Assembly (NCBI GenBank): GCA_039810885.1
Contig: JBDHXV010000001.1
Span: forward strand, 13,527-77,526
DNA: 64,000 bases
Direction of reading: 5' to 3'
Origin: Chitinophagales bacterium
Lineage (GTDB): Bacteria; Bacteroidota; Bacteroidia; Chitinophagales; UBA10324
Positions 10,202-20,368 of this stretch are shown piece by piece. Under the pieces are notes generated by a model that saw only the letters and a list, made by a program, of their open reading frames with translations, ran no database searches and was not told the origin of the DNA. Numbering within the stretch: position 1 is the stretch's first letter; every line of letters begins with the position of its first letter. The position numbers and the translations under genes are program-made.

Positions 10202-11032
10202 TTACATCGCTCTTAATAGTTCACTGATAATCAATGTCATCTTTGGTTCGGCAGCCATAGCTGCTTGTACCACCTCATCGTGACTCACTTCAAGAGGAAC
10301 AGGTGAATTCCCAACGTCACTAATCACACTCATTGCAAAGATTCGCATCCCCATGTGATTGGCCACCATTGCTTCAGGTACAGTGGACATACCAACCGCA
10401 TCGCCTCCGATGATATGTAAGAACTTATACTCCGCAGGTGTTTCAAAGGTAGGCCCCGTAACACTGATATATACTCCGGTGTGGCAGGCAATATTATGTT
10501 GTTGGGCAATTGCTGATGCTTTTTGAATTAAGACTTTATCATACAACTTATGTTGATCCGGAAAACGTGGTCCTATGCTTTCATCATTTGGCCCGCGTAG
10601 CGGATGATCGGAGATTAAATTAATATGGTCATTGATAATCATTAAATCTCCAACCTGATACGTTGGGTTTAGTCCGCCTGCGGCGTTACTGATAATAATG
10701 GTAGAAGCGCCAAGATATTTCATAACACGCACAGGGAAGGTAACCTGTACCATGCTATATCCTTCATAATAATGAAACCGACCTTGCAAAGCAACAATTC
10801 GTTTTCCGTTTAGCATACCCAGCACCAAATTACCTCCATGACCTTTTACCGTGCTTTGAGGGAAATTAGGTATTTCTTTATACGGGATTGTGCACAAAGC
10901 CTCAATCGTATTGGCCAGATTGCCAAGACCGGAACCAAGGATAATCGCTACTTCAGGGATAAAGTCTGTTTTTGACTTAATAAATTGAATAGTCTCTTCA
11001 ATTTTTTCTTTTAAGTTTTCCATAATCGGCAT
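10202..11032 (-). CDS. Purine nucleoside phosphorylase, trimeric (PunA/XapA type)
   Basis: IILGSGLG, QGRFHYYEG, NAAGG, GPTFETPAE and VGMSTVPE motifs. Confidence 0.93.
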   Translation of the reverse strand: MPIMENLKEKIEETIQFIKSKTDFIPEVAIILGSGLGNLANTIEALCTIPYKEIPNFPQSTVKGHGGNLVLGMLNGKRIVALQGRFHYYEGYSMVQVTFPVRVMKYLGASTIIISNAAGGLNPTYQVGDLMIINDHINLISDHPLRGPNDESIGPRFPDQHKLYDKVLIQKASAIAQQHNIACHTGVYISVTGPTFETPAEYKFLHIIGGDAVGMSTVPEAMVANHMGMRIFAMSVISDVGNSPVPLEVSHDEVVQAAMAAEPKMTLIISELLRAM

Positions 11033-11058
11033 AAAAATAACAAACCAAGCCTCAACAA

Positions 11059-12072
11059 TTAAGTACGATGAATCGCCTGCTCAATACTTTCCAATAGATC
11101 CTTTTCATTTTGCATCTGAACGGTTATGGGTAAATAAAAAATAGGCAATTCCTTAGCTTCCTTAATTGCTAACAAGCGTGTCGTGTCCTTTTCTGTTGTT
11201 AGGATTACCGCCTCCGGATTATTTTCTGCCAGTGTTTTCCATTTAACTATATCAGAAGCTGTGAAGTTGTAATGGTCGGAATATTTCAGATGTTCAATTA
11301 AAATATAATGTTCTTTAACATATTCTGTAAAAGAATCTGAGTCTGCAATACCGCTCAATGCTATGACTTTCTTCCCCACAATTAAATCTTCGCGGTTGCT
11401 TATAGAAATAGGAGATGCATATCCATACGTAGAAAAATAAACAGACAAACCGGACTGAAATTTATGTGCTTTACTCCTAAACTCACTTTTCTGATCCGAG
11501 CTTAAAATGCCATTCGATTTTGTGTAAATCAGAGCATGGGCTCTTCTCAAACTTCCCCCCGCCTCTCGTAAGCGTCCGAATGGAAGAAACCAATCTTTAA
11601 AGAAGGGCTTATCCGATGCAGATAATATCAGCGAGAACGAAGGTGTAATATATCGATGTTGAAAGGCATCGTCTAATATCACAGCATCCAATTCATAATC
11701 AGCCAATAATTCTGTAATGGCCACTACCCTATCTTCACACACGACAACAGGGATATTGGGAAACTTACGCTTGATTTGCAAAGGTTCATCGCCAACTTCT
11801 ATTGCACAAGAATCTGTTCTTACTTCAAGATATCCTTTTGTTTTTCTACCATAGCCACGGCTTAGCACAGCCAACCGATATTTCTCACTTAACATACTCA
11901 ACAGCCATTCTACATGCGGTGTCTTTCCGGTTCCACCAATACGCAAATTACCGACTATGATCAGCGGCACATCAAATTTTACACTTCGAAGCAGTTTCCA
12001 ATCAAACATCTTGTTACGAACAAAAACGCCTAATCCGAATATAAGAGAGAAAGGAAGTAGGAAATATTTCAT
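11059..12072 (-). CDS. lpxK: Tetraacyldisaccharide 4'-kinase
   Basis: VGNLRIGGTGKTP, LSRGYG, GDEP, LDDAFQH and TTEKD motifs. Start likely MKYFLL at 12072. Confidence 0.95.
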   Translation of the reverse strand: MKYFLLPFSLIFGLGVFVRNKMFDWKLLRSVKFDVPLIIVGNLRIGGTGKTPHVEWLLSMLSEKYRLAVLSRGYGRKTKGYLEVRTDSCAIEVGDEPLQIKRKFPNIPVVVCEDRVVAITELLADYELDAVILDDAFQHRYITPSFSLILSASDKPFFKDWFLPFGRLREAGGSLRRAHALIYTKSNGILSSDQKSEFRSKAHKFQSGLSVYFSTYGYASPISISNREDLIVGKKVIALSGIADSDSFTEYVKEHYILIEHLKYSDHYNFTASDIVKWKTLAENNPEAVILTTEKDTTRLLAIKEAKELPIFYLPITVQMQNEKDLLESIEQAIHRT

Positions 12073-12098
12073 AAGGGCCGTCAACTGTAAAAGGCGTG

Positions 12099-12106
12099 TA
12101 AATTTG
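12099..12106 (+). promoter_or_regulatory. -7 box (TAAATTTG) for the Nif3 gene
   Basis: Consensus match in the ~50-bp divergent spacer. Confidence 0.5.
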
Positions 12107-12122
12107 AGGAAAATATTTATCC

Positions 12123-13235
12123 GTGACACTTTCTATCCCACTTCACCAAATCATTCAAGCTATTGAAGAAGTCGCCCCCGCCTCCTTACAAGAAAGTTAT
12201 GATAATGCCGGGCTTATTACAGGTAATCTGCACCAAAGCATTGAAAAAGCATTACTAACTCTAGATTGCACTAAAGCCATTGTGGATGAGGCTATCGAAG
12301 TTGGGGCTCAGCTAATCATAGCCCATCATCCCATTCTATTTTCCGGAATAAAAAAACTTACCGGTAAGAATTATGTAGAACGTACCATTATAAAAGCTAT
12401 TAAAAATGATATTGCCATCTATGCGGCACACACGAATTTAGACAACATTCTTAGTGGGGTAAATAATAAAATCGCCGATAAACTCGAACTTAATAAACAG
12501 AATCGGAAAATTTTAAAGCCACTGTTGAATCAATTGGCAAAGCTGCATACATCTATTACTGAATCACATGCGGAAATCTTAAGGAAGAGCCTTTTTTCCT
12601 CTGGTGCAGGGCATATTGGAAATTATGACGAATGTAGTTTTAATGTTATTGGCGAAGGCACTTTTAGAGGAAATGACCAAAGCAATCCTAAAATAGGTAA
12701 ACGGAATGTGCGGGAACATGCTAGGGAAGTTAAAGTCGAAATTATTTTTCCTATATGGAAAAAAGACAACGTATTAAAAGCCTTGCGACAAGGGCATTAT
12801 TATGAAGAAATTGCCTATGAGATTTATCCTACATTAAATGAACATCAAGAGGTCGGTAGTGGTTTGATTGCCGAGTTCCATCACGAAATGGATGAAGGTA
12901 TTTTTCTTGAGTTGCTAAAGCAACGGTTAAATACATCCATTATACGTCATACAAGATTATGCGGCAAACCTATAAAAAGGGTGGCTTTGTGTGGCGGATC
13001 AGGCATCTTTCTATTGCAGGATGCCATGCGGCACAAAGCAGATGTTTTCGTAACTGCTGATGTTAAGTATCATCAATTCTTTGATGCTGATGACAAAATA
13101 CTCCTTTGCGATGTGGGACACTTTGAAAGTGAACAATTTACACCTGAAATATTTAAAGACATATTACAGAAGAAATTCCCTACTTTTGCCGCGCTCTTTT
13201 CAAAAACCAATACTAACCCGGTAAACTATCACTAA
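12123..13235 (+). CDS. Nif3-like dinuclear metal centre protein (DUF34) with PII-like insert
   Basis: QESYDNAGL, IAHHP, HTNLD, HYYEE and DVGHFESE motifs. Confidence 0.92.
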   Translation: MTLSIPLHQIIQAIEEVAPASLQESYDNAGLITGNLHQSIEKALLTLDCTKAIVDEAIEVGAQLIIAHHPILFSGIKKLTGKNYVERTIIKAIKNDIAIYAAHTNLDNILSGVNNKIADKLELNKQNRKILKPLLNQLAKLHTSITESHAEILRKSLFSSGAGHIGNYDECSFNVIGEGTFRGNDQSNPKIGKRNVREHAREVKVEIIFPIWKKDNVLKALRQGHYYEEIAYEIYPTLNEHQEVGSGLIAEFHHEMDEGIFLELLKQRLNTSIIRHTRLCGKPIKRVALCGGSGIFLLQDAMRHKADVFVTADVKYHQFFDADDKILLCDVGHFESEQFTPEIFKDILQKKFPTFAALFSKTNTNPVNYH

Positions 13236-13997
13236 ATGAGTAAAACAAAAGAAACAGCACCTAAAGCTGAAACACCAACACTAGATAAACTCAAAGCCCT
13301 ATACCAACTCCAAAAAATTGATTCCAAGATTGATGAAATCCGAATTCTAAAAGGAGAACTCCCTATGGAAGTAAAAGACCTCGAGGACGAAATTGCAGGT
13401 CTCATCACACGAAAAGAAAAGTTTGAAGAAGAACTCAAAGAAACGGAAACCAATATTGCCAACCGCAAGAATAATATTAAAGAAAGTGAAGCGCTGATAA
13501 AAAAATATCAAAAGCAACAAAGCAATGTTAAAAATAATCGCGAGTATGATGCCTTAAGCAAAGAAGTCGAATTACAAAAACTCGAGATTGAGCTTAATGA
13601 AAAGAAGATTAAGGATATTCACGAACAAACAAAGCAAAAATCTGAAGTTATTGAGCAATCTGAAAAGTTAATCAAGCAAAAAGAAAAAGAACTAAAAACA
13701 AAAAAGGCAGATCTCGAAAAAATTATTGAAGAAACAGATGCAGAAGAAAAGGCACTTCAGAAAAAAGCTAAATCTGCTGAGACTCATATCGAAGAGCGTT
13801 TGCTGACAGCCTACCATCGCATTCGCAAAAACTACAAAAACGGATTGGCCGTTGTTACTGTAGTGCGTAATTCATGCGGTGGCTGTTATCATGCATTTCC
13901 TCCTCAACTTATCCTGGAAATTCGCCAACATAAAAAGATCACGACTTGTGAACACTGCGGGCGAATTCTTGTAGGTGAAAATATTGACTCAGAATAA
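13236..13997 (+). CDS. Coiled-coil C4 zinc-ribbon protein (DUF164-like)
   Basis: Long coiled coil followed by CGGC...CEHC. Typical neighbour of Nif3. Confidence 0.88.
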   Translation: MSKTKETAPKAETPTLDKLKALYQLQKIDSKIDEIRILKGELPMEVKDLEDEIAGLITRKEKFEEELKETETNIANRKNNIKESEALIKKYQKQQSNVKNNREYDALSKEVELQKLEIELNEKKIKDIHEQTKQKSEVIEQSEKLIKQKEKELKTKKADLEKIIEETDAEEKALQKKAKSAETHIEERLLTAYHRIRKNYKNGLAVVTVVRNSCGGCYHAFPPQLILEIRQHKKITTCEHCGRILVGENIDSE

Positions 13998-15525
13998 GCA
14001 AACGTTGAAGCATAGAGTTCACTTGACTCCTTTAATACAAGCCCTGCTCTTTGCAGGGTTTTTTATTTCTGTGGATGCTGTTGCAGCACCTCCGAGATAC
14101 ACTTTTGACTTCAACACTCAATGTGAAGCAGCATACCAATACATGTTAAGTATGCGCTATGAAGAAGCGCGCACTATCTTATCACAACAAAAAATTGAAG
14201 CCCCTCAGAACCTCATTATAACCTATATCGATGATTATGCAGATTTTCTACGATGTGCGTTTAATGAAGATCGAAAAGAATTTAATAGACTCTATCCGAA
14301 CAAAGATAAACGGTTAACAGCCTTGTCTAAAGGAGATACTAAATCACCTTATTATCTCTATACACAGGCACAAGTTTCTTTGCATTGGGCAATAGTCAAT
14401 TTAAAATTTGAAAATTATACGTCTGCATTCATTGATATTCATCGTGCTTATAATTACTTAACCGAAAACCAAACACTCTATCCCGATTTTAAAGCAAACC
14501 TTATCGGACTTGGATTTATGCATGCGCTCATCGGCACAGTACCCGATTCATACAAATGGGCTGTGAGATTAATAGGATTTAATGGGAGTGTTAATCAGGG
14601 TAAAAATGAAATGCTCGAGGCTATTGAATATTCAAAGGGAAAACATTTCATTTTTCAGAATGAAGCTAAATATATGTATTTGCTTTTGCAATTGATAGTG
14701 CTTAACGACAAGCAAGGGGCATATCAAACCGTATCTCAAGAGGATTTCCCCACACACTATGGAAATGCATTAAGCTGCTTTATCAAAGCATATATTGCTT
14801 TAAAGAATTACAAAAACGATGAGGCAATAAAATTTTTTTCATATAATATATACAATAACAAAACGGAAGTGCTTTACAACTATTATTTATTGGGTATGTG
14901 CCAATTAAATAAACTAAACACCGATGCTTATTACAATCTGAAATATTTCTCGGAAAATTTTCAAGGAGTAAATTATCTCAAAGATGCCCGTAACAGAATG
15001 GCGTGGTGTGCTTTATTAAATGGAAGAATGCAAGAATATTTTATCTTATTAGAAAAGGTTACAGAGGGTGGAAATACATTAAGCGATTCGGATAAGGCCG
15101 CACAAAACGCGGCAAAACAAAAATCCGTGCCTGATATAGAATTGCTGAAAGCAAGATTACTTATGGACGGAGGCTATTTCAATCAGGCACTAAGCGTGAT
15201 AGATAAAATTAATATCAATAGCTTAAATAAACCTGAGTTATTAACCGAATATCAATATCGTAAAGGACGTATTTATCATTTGAAAGGTGATATTTCGGAT
15301 GCAATCAATTATTACACATCGTGTATAGAGAGCGGGCGTACAGTGCCTGTTTATTTTGCCGCAAATGCCGCTATGGAATTAGGGAATATTTATGCCGCAA
15401 ATCAAAACTATGAATTAGCAAAAAAATATTACAAAATGAGTTTAGCCATGCCCGATTCAGATTTTAAAAACTCTATTGATGTGCGCTCTAAGGCAGGCTT
15501 ACAAAGGATCGAAGCATCAAAATAG
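13975..15525 (+). CDS. Exported TPR protein
   Basis: Hydrophobic N-terminal signal and TPR-like helices (YRKGRIYH, ELGNIYA). Confidence 0.75.
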   Translation: MKILTQNKQTLKHRVHLTPLIQALLFAGFFISVDAVAAPPRYTFDFNTQCEAAYQYMLSMRYEEARTILSQQKIEAPQNLIITYIDDYADFLRCAFNEDRKEFNRLYPNKDKRLTALSKGDTKSPYYLYTQAQVSLHWAIVNLKFENYTSAFIDIHRAYNYLTENQTLYPDFKANLIGLGFMHALIGTVPDSYKWAVRLIGFNGSVNQGKNEMLEAIEYSKGKHFIFQNEAKYMYLLLQLIVLNDKQGAYQTVSQEDFPTHYGNALSCFIKAYIALKNYKNDEAIKFFSYNIYNNKTEVLYNYYLLGMCQLNKLNTDAYYNLKYFSENFQGVNYLKDARNRMAWCALLNGRMQEYFILLEKVTEGGNTLSDSDKAAQNAAKQKSVPDIELLKARLLMDGGYFNQALSVIDKININSLNKPELLTEYQYRKGRIYHLKGDISDAINYYTSCIESGRTVPVYFAANAAMELGNIYAANQNYELAKKYYKMSLAMPDSDFKNSIDVRSKAGLQRIEASK

Positions 15526-15580
15526 GTTGCTTCATTTTAGGTATATCGAACTTGAATCGGTTTGAAATAGTTTTTGCCCT

Positions 15581-15588
15581 TATTTTTG
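15581..15588 (+). promoter_or_regulatory. -7 box (TATTTTTG) for the YebC gene
   Basis: Consensus match 25 nt before ATG. Confidence 0.55.
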
Positions 15589-15613
15589 CCGCACTAAAAT
15601 AGTCAAACCACAA

Positions 15614-16321
15614 ATGGGCCGCATATTTGAAAAACGTAAGCATAAAATCTTTGCACGTATGGACCGAATGGCAAAGGCCTTTACCAAAATAGGTAAAGAG
15701 ATTGCCATGGCTGTTAAACAAGGTGGAGCCGATCCACACAACAACCCTCGCTTACGAGTTGCCATCCAAAATGCTAAAGGAGTTAACATGCCTAAGGATC
15801 GTATAGATGCCGCAGTAAAACGGGCTACGTCTAAAGAGGAGAAAGAATTATCGGAAGGGACCTATGAAGGTTATGGCCCTCATGGTGTAGCCATTATGGT
15901 AGATTGTGCTACAGACAATCCGACCCGTACTGTTGCAAACCTTAGAATGTATTTCGACCGTAGTGGAGGCTCTTTAGGAAAAAGTGGTTCTGTTGAATTT
16001 ATGTTTGACCGCAAAGGCGTATTTAAACTGAATAAAGCAAATCTTAAACTGGAAGATATCGAACTTGATTTGATTGATTTTGGAGCCGAAGAAATTCAAG
16101 AGGCTGAAGATGGAATTTTAGTTTACACTTCTTTTCAAGATTTTGGAGCTATGCAAAAAGGGTTAGAAGAAAAAGGGTTTGAAGTAATTAGTTCTGAAGT
16201 GCAGCGTATCCCGACAACAACAAAAGAACTCAACGACGAACAAGTAGATGAAGTCCTAAAACTTATAGATAAGTTAGAAGAAGATGATGATGTCCAGAAT
16301 GTGTTTCACAATCTCGCATAA
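15614..16321 (+). CDS. yebC: YebC/PmpR family protein
   Basis: MGRIFE, NPRLR, NMPKD, YEGYGPHG and TDNPTRT motifs. Confidence 0.93.
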   Translation: MGRIFEKRKHKIFARMDRMAKAFTKIGKEIAMAVKQGGADPHNNPRLRVAIQNAKGVNMPKDRIDAAVKRATSKEEKELSEGTYEGYGPHGVAIMVDCATDNPTRTVANLRMYFDRSGGSLGKSGSVEFMFDRKGVFKLNKANLKLEDIELDLIDFGAEEIQEAEDGILVYTSFQDFGAMQKGLEEKGFEVISSEVQRIPTTTKELNDEQVDEVLKLIDKLEEDDDVQNVFHNLA

Positions 16322-16405
16322 ACGCTCAGATTGTTCATAAGCCTTAACCCTAAAGGCGGTCGTTAGCATTCATTTTTTATATATTGGCTGCAAAGCTAAA
16401 TCTGC

Positions 16406-18703
16406 ATGAGAAAACATTTACTCCTCGTTTGTTACCTTCTTACGATTCAAACTCTGTTTGGTCAAAGCATAAAATTAAAAGGCATTGTCATAGATGAAGA
16501 AACCAGCTTTGAGTTAGTAGGCGTCAGTCTAATTATTGACAACACCAAATTTGTTCAATCAGATGAAAACGGAAAATTTGAAATCGAACTAAGTGCAGGG
16601 AAGCATACGGTTAAATCAACCTATGTGGGGTACAATAATTTCTTTGATACACTTAATCTAACTAACTCATCTAACATACTATACAGGATACGTATGACTC
16701 CCGTGGTTCAGGAGTTGAAGATGGTTGTAGTCAGCGCATCAAAATTTGAACGTAACATTTCAGAAGAAACCGTAAGCATAAATATTCTAAAGCCTTCCTT
16801 AATTCAAAACACAAACTCCATTACTATGGATGAAGCAATTAACCGCGTGCCCGGGGTTAATATCATTGATGGCCAAGCTAACATACGAGGTGGCAGCGGA
16901 TACAGCTATGGTGCCGGTAGCCGTGTATTGGTATTGGTTGATGACTTACCGCAGTTGAGCGCTGATGCCGGTGATGTTAAATGGGAGTTCCTGCCTGTCG
17001 AGAATTTAGAGCAAGTGGAAATTATTAAAGGCGCAGCATCTACACTATACGGTTCATCTGCACTTAACGGCGTTATCAATATTCGTACTTCTTACCCTAC
17101 GGCAGTTCCACAAACACAGATAAGTTTTTATCAAGGTATTTATCAAAACCCGAGACGGAAAGAATTAATATGGTGGGACAATCGCCAGCCTTCATTCAGC
17201 GGCGGCTATTTCACACACAGCCGTAAGATTGGTCAACTCGATTTAGTTGTCGGCGGTAATATAAACAACCAAGATTCCTATTTACAGGAATCCTTTCAAT
17301 ATCGCGGACGTGTAAACACTAATTTACGTTACCGATTTAAAAAGATTGATGGCCTCAGCGTTGGTATAAACATAAATTACTTATACGCACACACCGGAAC
17401 ATTTTTTATTTGGGCAAATGATTCTACCGGCGGTTATCGCCCCCTCGGCGGAACCGATTCTGCTACAACATCCATAACTAAAAACCGCTATTACCGCTTT
17501 AATATAGACCCTTTTGTGAATTACGTTGCAAAAAATAAGGACCTGCATAGCCTGCGCACACGCATGTTTGAAACCAACAATATGACAAATCAGGCGACTC
17601 AAAGCTCAAAAAGCCGTTTGTGGTATGCCGAGTATCAATACCAACACGAATTCAAATTCGGGTTGCACATGACTGCCGGTGCAATGGCTAACTATACTCA
17701 GGTTTTTAGCACCATGTATGATAATCACGACGGGTCTAATCAAGCACTTTATTTGCAACTGGATTACAAATGGGAAAAACTGACTTTAATGGGTGGAGTA
17801 CGTTATGAGCACTATTCAATTGATACCTTTCAAGATAACAGTGGACCGGTATTTCGTACGGGTATAAATTATGCCTTAACTAAAGGCACTCACGTGCGAG
17901 CATCTTTCGGACAAGGCTTTCGATTTCCAAGTGTAGCTGAAAAATTTGTACATACCAACGTTGGCGCGCTCTATGTTTATCCTAATCCACAATTAGGCCC
18001 GGAACAGGGATGGAGTGTTGAAGTAGGCGCACAGCAAGGGTTTAAGATAAGTAACTGGATGGGTTATGTGGATATTGCCGTATTCCGCCAACTGTTAAAT
18101 CATTTTATGGAATTTAGTTTTGGGCAGTGGGGTAACCCTTTCACAGACCCTCAATTTGGTCTTGGATTTAAATCAGTAAACTTAGACAAAGCACAAATTA
18201 CAGGGCTTGAAGCAACCTTGTTTGGCCAGGGGAAACTATTTGGATGCCCGGTAAACATTTTAGGAGGATATACTTTTATTAATCCTATTGACCTAGGTGT
18301 AAGAAAAAAAACAGATAGCCTGATAAGTGCACATCCGGATTTTTCACAAACTGAAATTGATTCTTTAAGAAGTCTCAGTATTTTAAAATACCGCTACACC
18401 ACAACCTTTAAATTTGACGGCGATATCACTTGGAAAATCGTTACTGCAGGTATCAATATGCGATACAACAGTTACATGGTGAACATCGATAAATTCTTGC
18501 TTCTGCTCAACGGAATAGAGAAGTATCGTGCGGAGCACAAAAATGGTGATTTTGTTATTGATATTCGTTTTGGGGTAAAAGTCAATAAGAACACACGTGT
18601 TTCTTTCATTGTTAAGAATTTAATGAATCGGGAATACACAACAAGACCCGCACTTCTGGAAGGTCCTCGAAATTATACCATACAGATTAACACAAAGTTC
18701 TAA
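16406..18703 (+). CDS. TonB-dependent receptor with N-terminal carboxypeptidase-regulatory-like domain
   Basis: Signal peptide, VVVSASK, plug motifs NIRGGSG and EIIKGAASTLYGSSALNGVINI, terminal Phe. Confidence 0.9.
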   Translation: MRKHLLLVCYLLTIQTLFGQSIKLKGIVIDEETSFELVGVSLIIDNTKFVQSDENGKFEIELSAGKHTVKSTYVGYNNFFDTLNLTNSSNILYRIRMTPVVQELKMVVVSASKFERNISEETVSINILKPSLIQNTNSITMDEAINRVPGVNIIDGQANIRGGSGYSYGAGSRVLVLVDDLPQLSADAGDVKWEFLPVENLEQVEIIKGAASTLYGSSALNGVINIRTSYPTAVPQTQISFYQGIYQNPRRKELIWWDNRQPSFSGGYFTHSRKIGQLDLVVGGNINNQDSYLQESFQYRGRVNTNLRYRFKKIDGLSVGININYLYAHTGTFFIWANDSTGGYRPLGGTDSATTSITKNRYYRFNIDPFVNYVAKNKDLHSLRTRMFETNNMTNQATQSSKSRLWYAEYQYQHEFKFGLHMTAGAMANYTQVFSTMYDNHDGSNQALYLQLDYKWEKLTLMGGVRYEHYSIDTFQDNSGPVFRTGINYALTKGTHVRASFGQGFRFPSVAEKFVHTNVGALYVYPNPQLGPEQGWSVEVGAQQGFKISNWMGYVDIAVFRQLLNHFMEFSFGQWGNPFTDPQFGLGFKSVNLDKAQITGLEATLFGQGKLFGCPVNILGGYTFINPIDLGVRKKTDSLISAHPDFSQTEIDSLRSLSILKYRYTTTFKFDGDITWKIVTAGINMRYNSYMVNIDKFLLLLNGIEKYRAEHKNGDFVIDIRFGVKVNKNTRVSFIVKNLMNREYTTRPALLEGPRNYTIQINTKF

Positions 18704-18808
18704 ATCGATAAAAATTCTATAATCGTGTACACTAATTCAATTCTTAATGCAAATTCCGTTTAACGATATTCCTGAACATGATTAATTTTTCACACAGTTT
18801 TTAGCACC

Positions 18809-19594
18809 TTGTTTAAGAAATCATCAGCACATCTATTTTCCCGACACATTGACAATGTGTTTTTGAGCTTTTATAATGCTTGGCAATTTATAGCACGATT
18901 CTTTCGTGAGCTCTTCAGTCGCCCATTTGAATTTAAGGAGGTAATTGTTCAATGCTACGAAGTCGGGTTGCGTTCTCTTCCTTTAATTACTCTGACCGGT
19001 TTTGTTACGGGCATTGTATTTACCAAACAATCAAGACCCTCGCTACAATCTTTCGGAGCTTCATCATGGCTGCCCTCACTTATTACAATTGCAATTATAC
19101 GTGCCTTAGCTCCCTTGGTAACGGCATTAATATGTTCTGGAAAAGTAGGATCAAACATAGGTGCAGAATTAGGTTCAATGAAGGTTACCGAGCAAATTGA
19201 TGCAATGGAAGTATCCGCTATAAATCCTTTTAAATTCTTAGTTGTAACTCGTGTGCTGGCGTGCACCTTAATGATTCCTATTCTTGCCTTGTATTGTGGA
19301 TTTGTTGGCATGATGGGAACTTTTGTGAATGTGAATCAAAATGAATATACCACCTATCAGACTTTTATCAGAGATGCTTTTGGCTCCATTAGTTTTCTGG
19401 ATATTTATTCATCCTTATTTAAGTCGGTAGTGTTTGGATTTACAGTGGGTATTGTTTCGTGTTATCAGGGATTTAAGGCAAACAACGGAACTGAAGGCGT
19501 TGGTCGTGCAGCAAACAGCGCCGTTGTTATTTCTATGTTTTTGGTATTCATCGAAGAAATTGTGATCGTACAAGTAATTAATTGGATGCGCTGA
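18809..19594 (+). CDS. mlaE: MlaE-family ABC permease
   Basis: GAELGSMKVTEQIDAMEV and GTEGVGRA motifs. Confidence 0.88.
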   Translation: MFKKSSAHLFSRHIDNVFLSFYNAWQFIARFFRELFSRPFEFKEVIVQCYEVGLRSLPLITLTGFVTGIVFTKQSRPSLQSFGASSWLPSLITIAIIRALAPLVTALICSGKVGSNIGAELGSMKVTEQIDAMEVSAINPFKFLVVTRVLACTLMIPILALYCGFVGMMGTFVNVNQNEYTTYQTFIRDAFGSISFLDIYSSLFKSVVFGFTVGIVSCYQGFKANNGTEGVGRAANSAVVISMFLVFIEEIVIVQVINWMR

Positions 19595-20367
19595 TGAGTA
19601 AGAATACAAATCATATTGACTACAATCAAAAGGTTATTTCTATAAGGAACCTGCATAAATCGTTCGATGACCTACACGTACTCTCAGGTATTGACCTCGA
19701 TTTGTATCGGGGCGAAAACCTTGTAGTACTTGGCCGCTCCGGCACAGGAAAATCTGTTCTTATAAAAATTATCTCAGGCTTACTCAAGCCTGATAGCGGT
19801 GATGTATTGGTTCTCGGTAAACGAGTGGACAATTTGAACGAAAAAGAATTACGTGAACTACGCTTGAAACTTGGATTCTTATTTCAGCATTCTGCTTTAT
19901 ATGACAGTATGAGTGTACGTGAGAATTTAGAATTCCCACTATTGCGAAATGTAAAAAATCTCAATATCAAACAAATCGATGAGGCCGTTGAAGAAGTATT
20001 GGATGCCGTTGGTCTAATCGAGAAAATGAATCAGATGCCGGCAGAACTTTCCGGTGGACAGCGTAAGCGAATAGGCATAGCACGCACTCTAATTCTAAAG
20101 CCGGATATCATGTTATATGATGAACCTACGGCCGGCCTTGACCCGATAACCTCTGTAGAGATAAACGATTTGATTAATGAAGTTCAATTGAAGTTTCATA
20201 CCAGTTCTATCATCATTACCCATGATTTAGCTTGTGCAAAAGCCACAGGGGATCGCATTGCAATGTTATTAGAAGGCAAGTTCAGAAAAATAGGCTCGTT
20301 TAATGAAGTCTTTGATACTACAGACGAAAACATAAAAGCATTTTACAACTATAATTTTATTAATTAA
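19582..20367 (+). CDS. mlaF: MlaF-family ABC ATPase
   Basis: GRSGTGKS, LSGGQ and LYDEPTAGLDP motifs. The start may be 19594. Confidence 0.87.
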   Translation: MDALMSKNTNHIDYNQKVISIRNLHKSFDDLHVLSGIDLDLYRGENLVVLGRSGTGKSVLIKIISGLLKPDSGDVLVLGKRVDNLNEKELRELRLKLGFLFQHSALYDSMSVRENLEFPLLRNVKNLNIKQIDEAVEEVLDAVGLIEKMNQMPAELSGGQRKRIGIARTLILKPDIMLYDEPTAGLDPITSVEINDLINEVQLKFHTSSIIITHDLACAKATGDRIAMLLEGKFRKIGSFNEVFDTTDENIKAFYNYNFIN

Positions 20368-20368
20368 A

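Noticed and set aside
16322-16405. Possible cobalamin or TPP riboswitch before the TonB-dependent receptor
   Set aside because: The spacer is only 84 nt, with a small hairpin and no conserved boxes.
18934-19200. Perfect SD TAAGGAGGT 9 nt before the ATG of an 82-aa alternative-frame ORF inside mlaE
   Set aside because: It is explained by the F-K-E-V codons of mlaE, the alternative peptide looks non-protein-like, and SD-like sequences are weakly selected against in this lineage. It also shows that such motifs can arise by chance, which tempers the rpsA finding.
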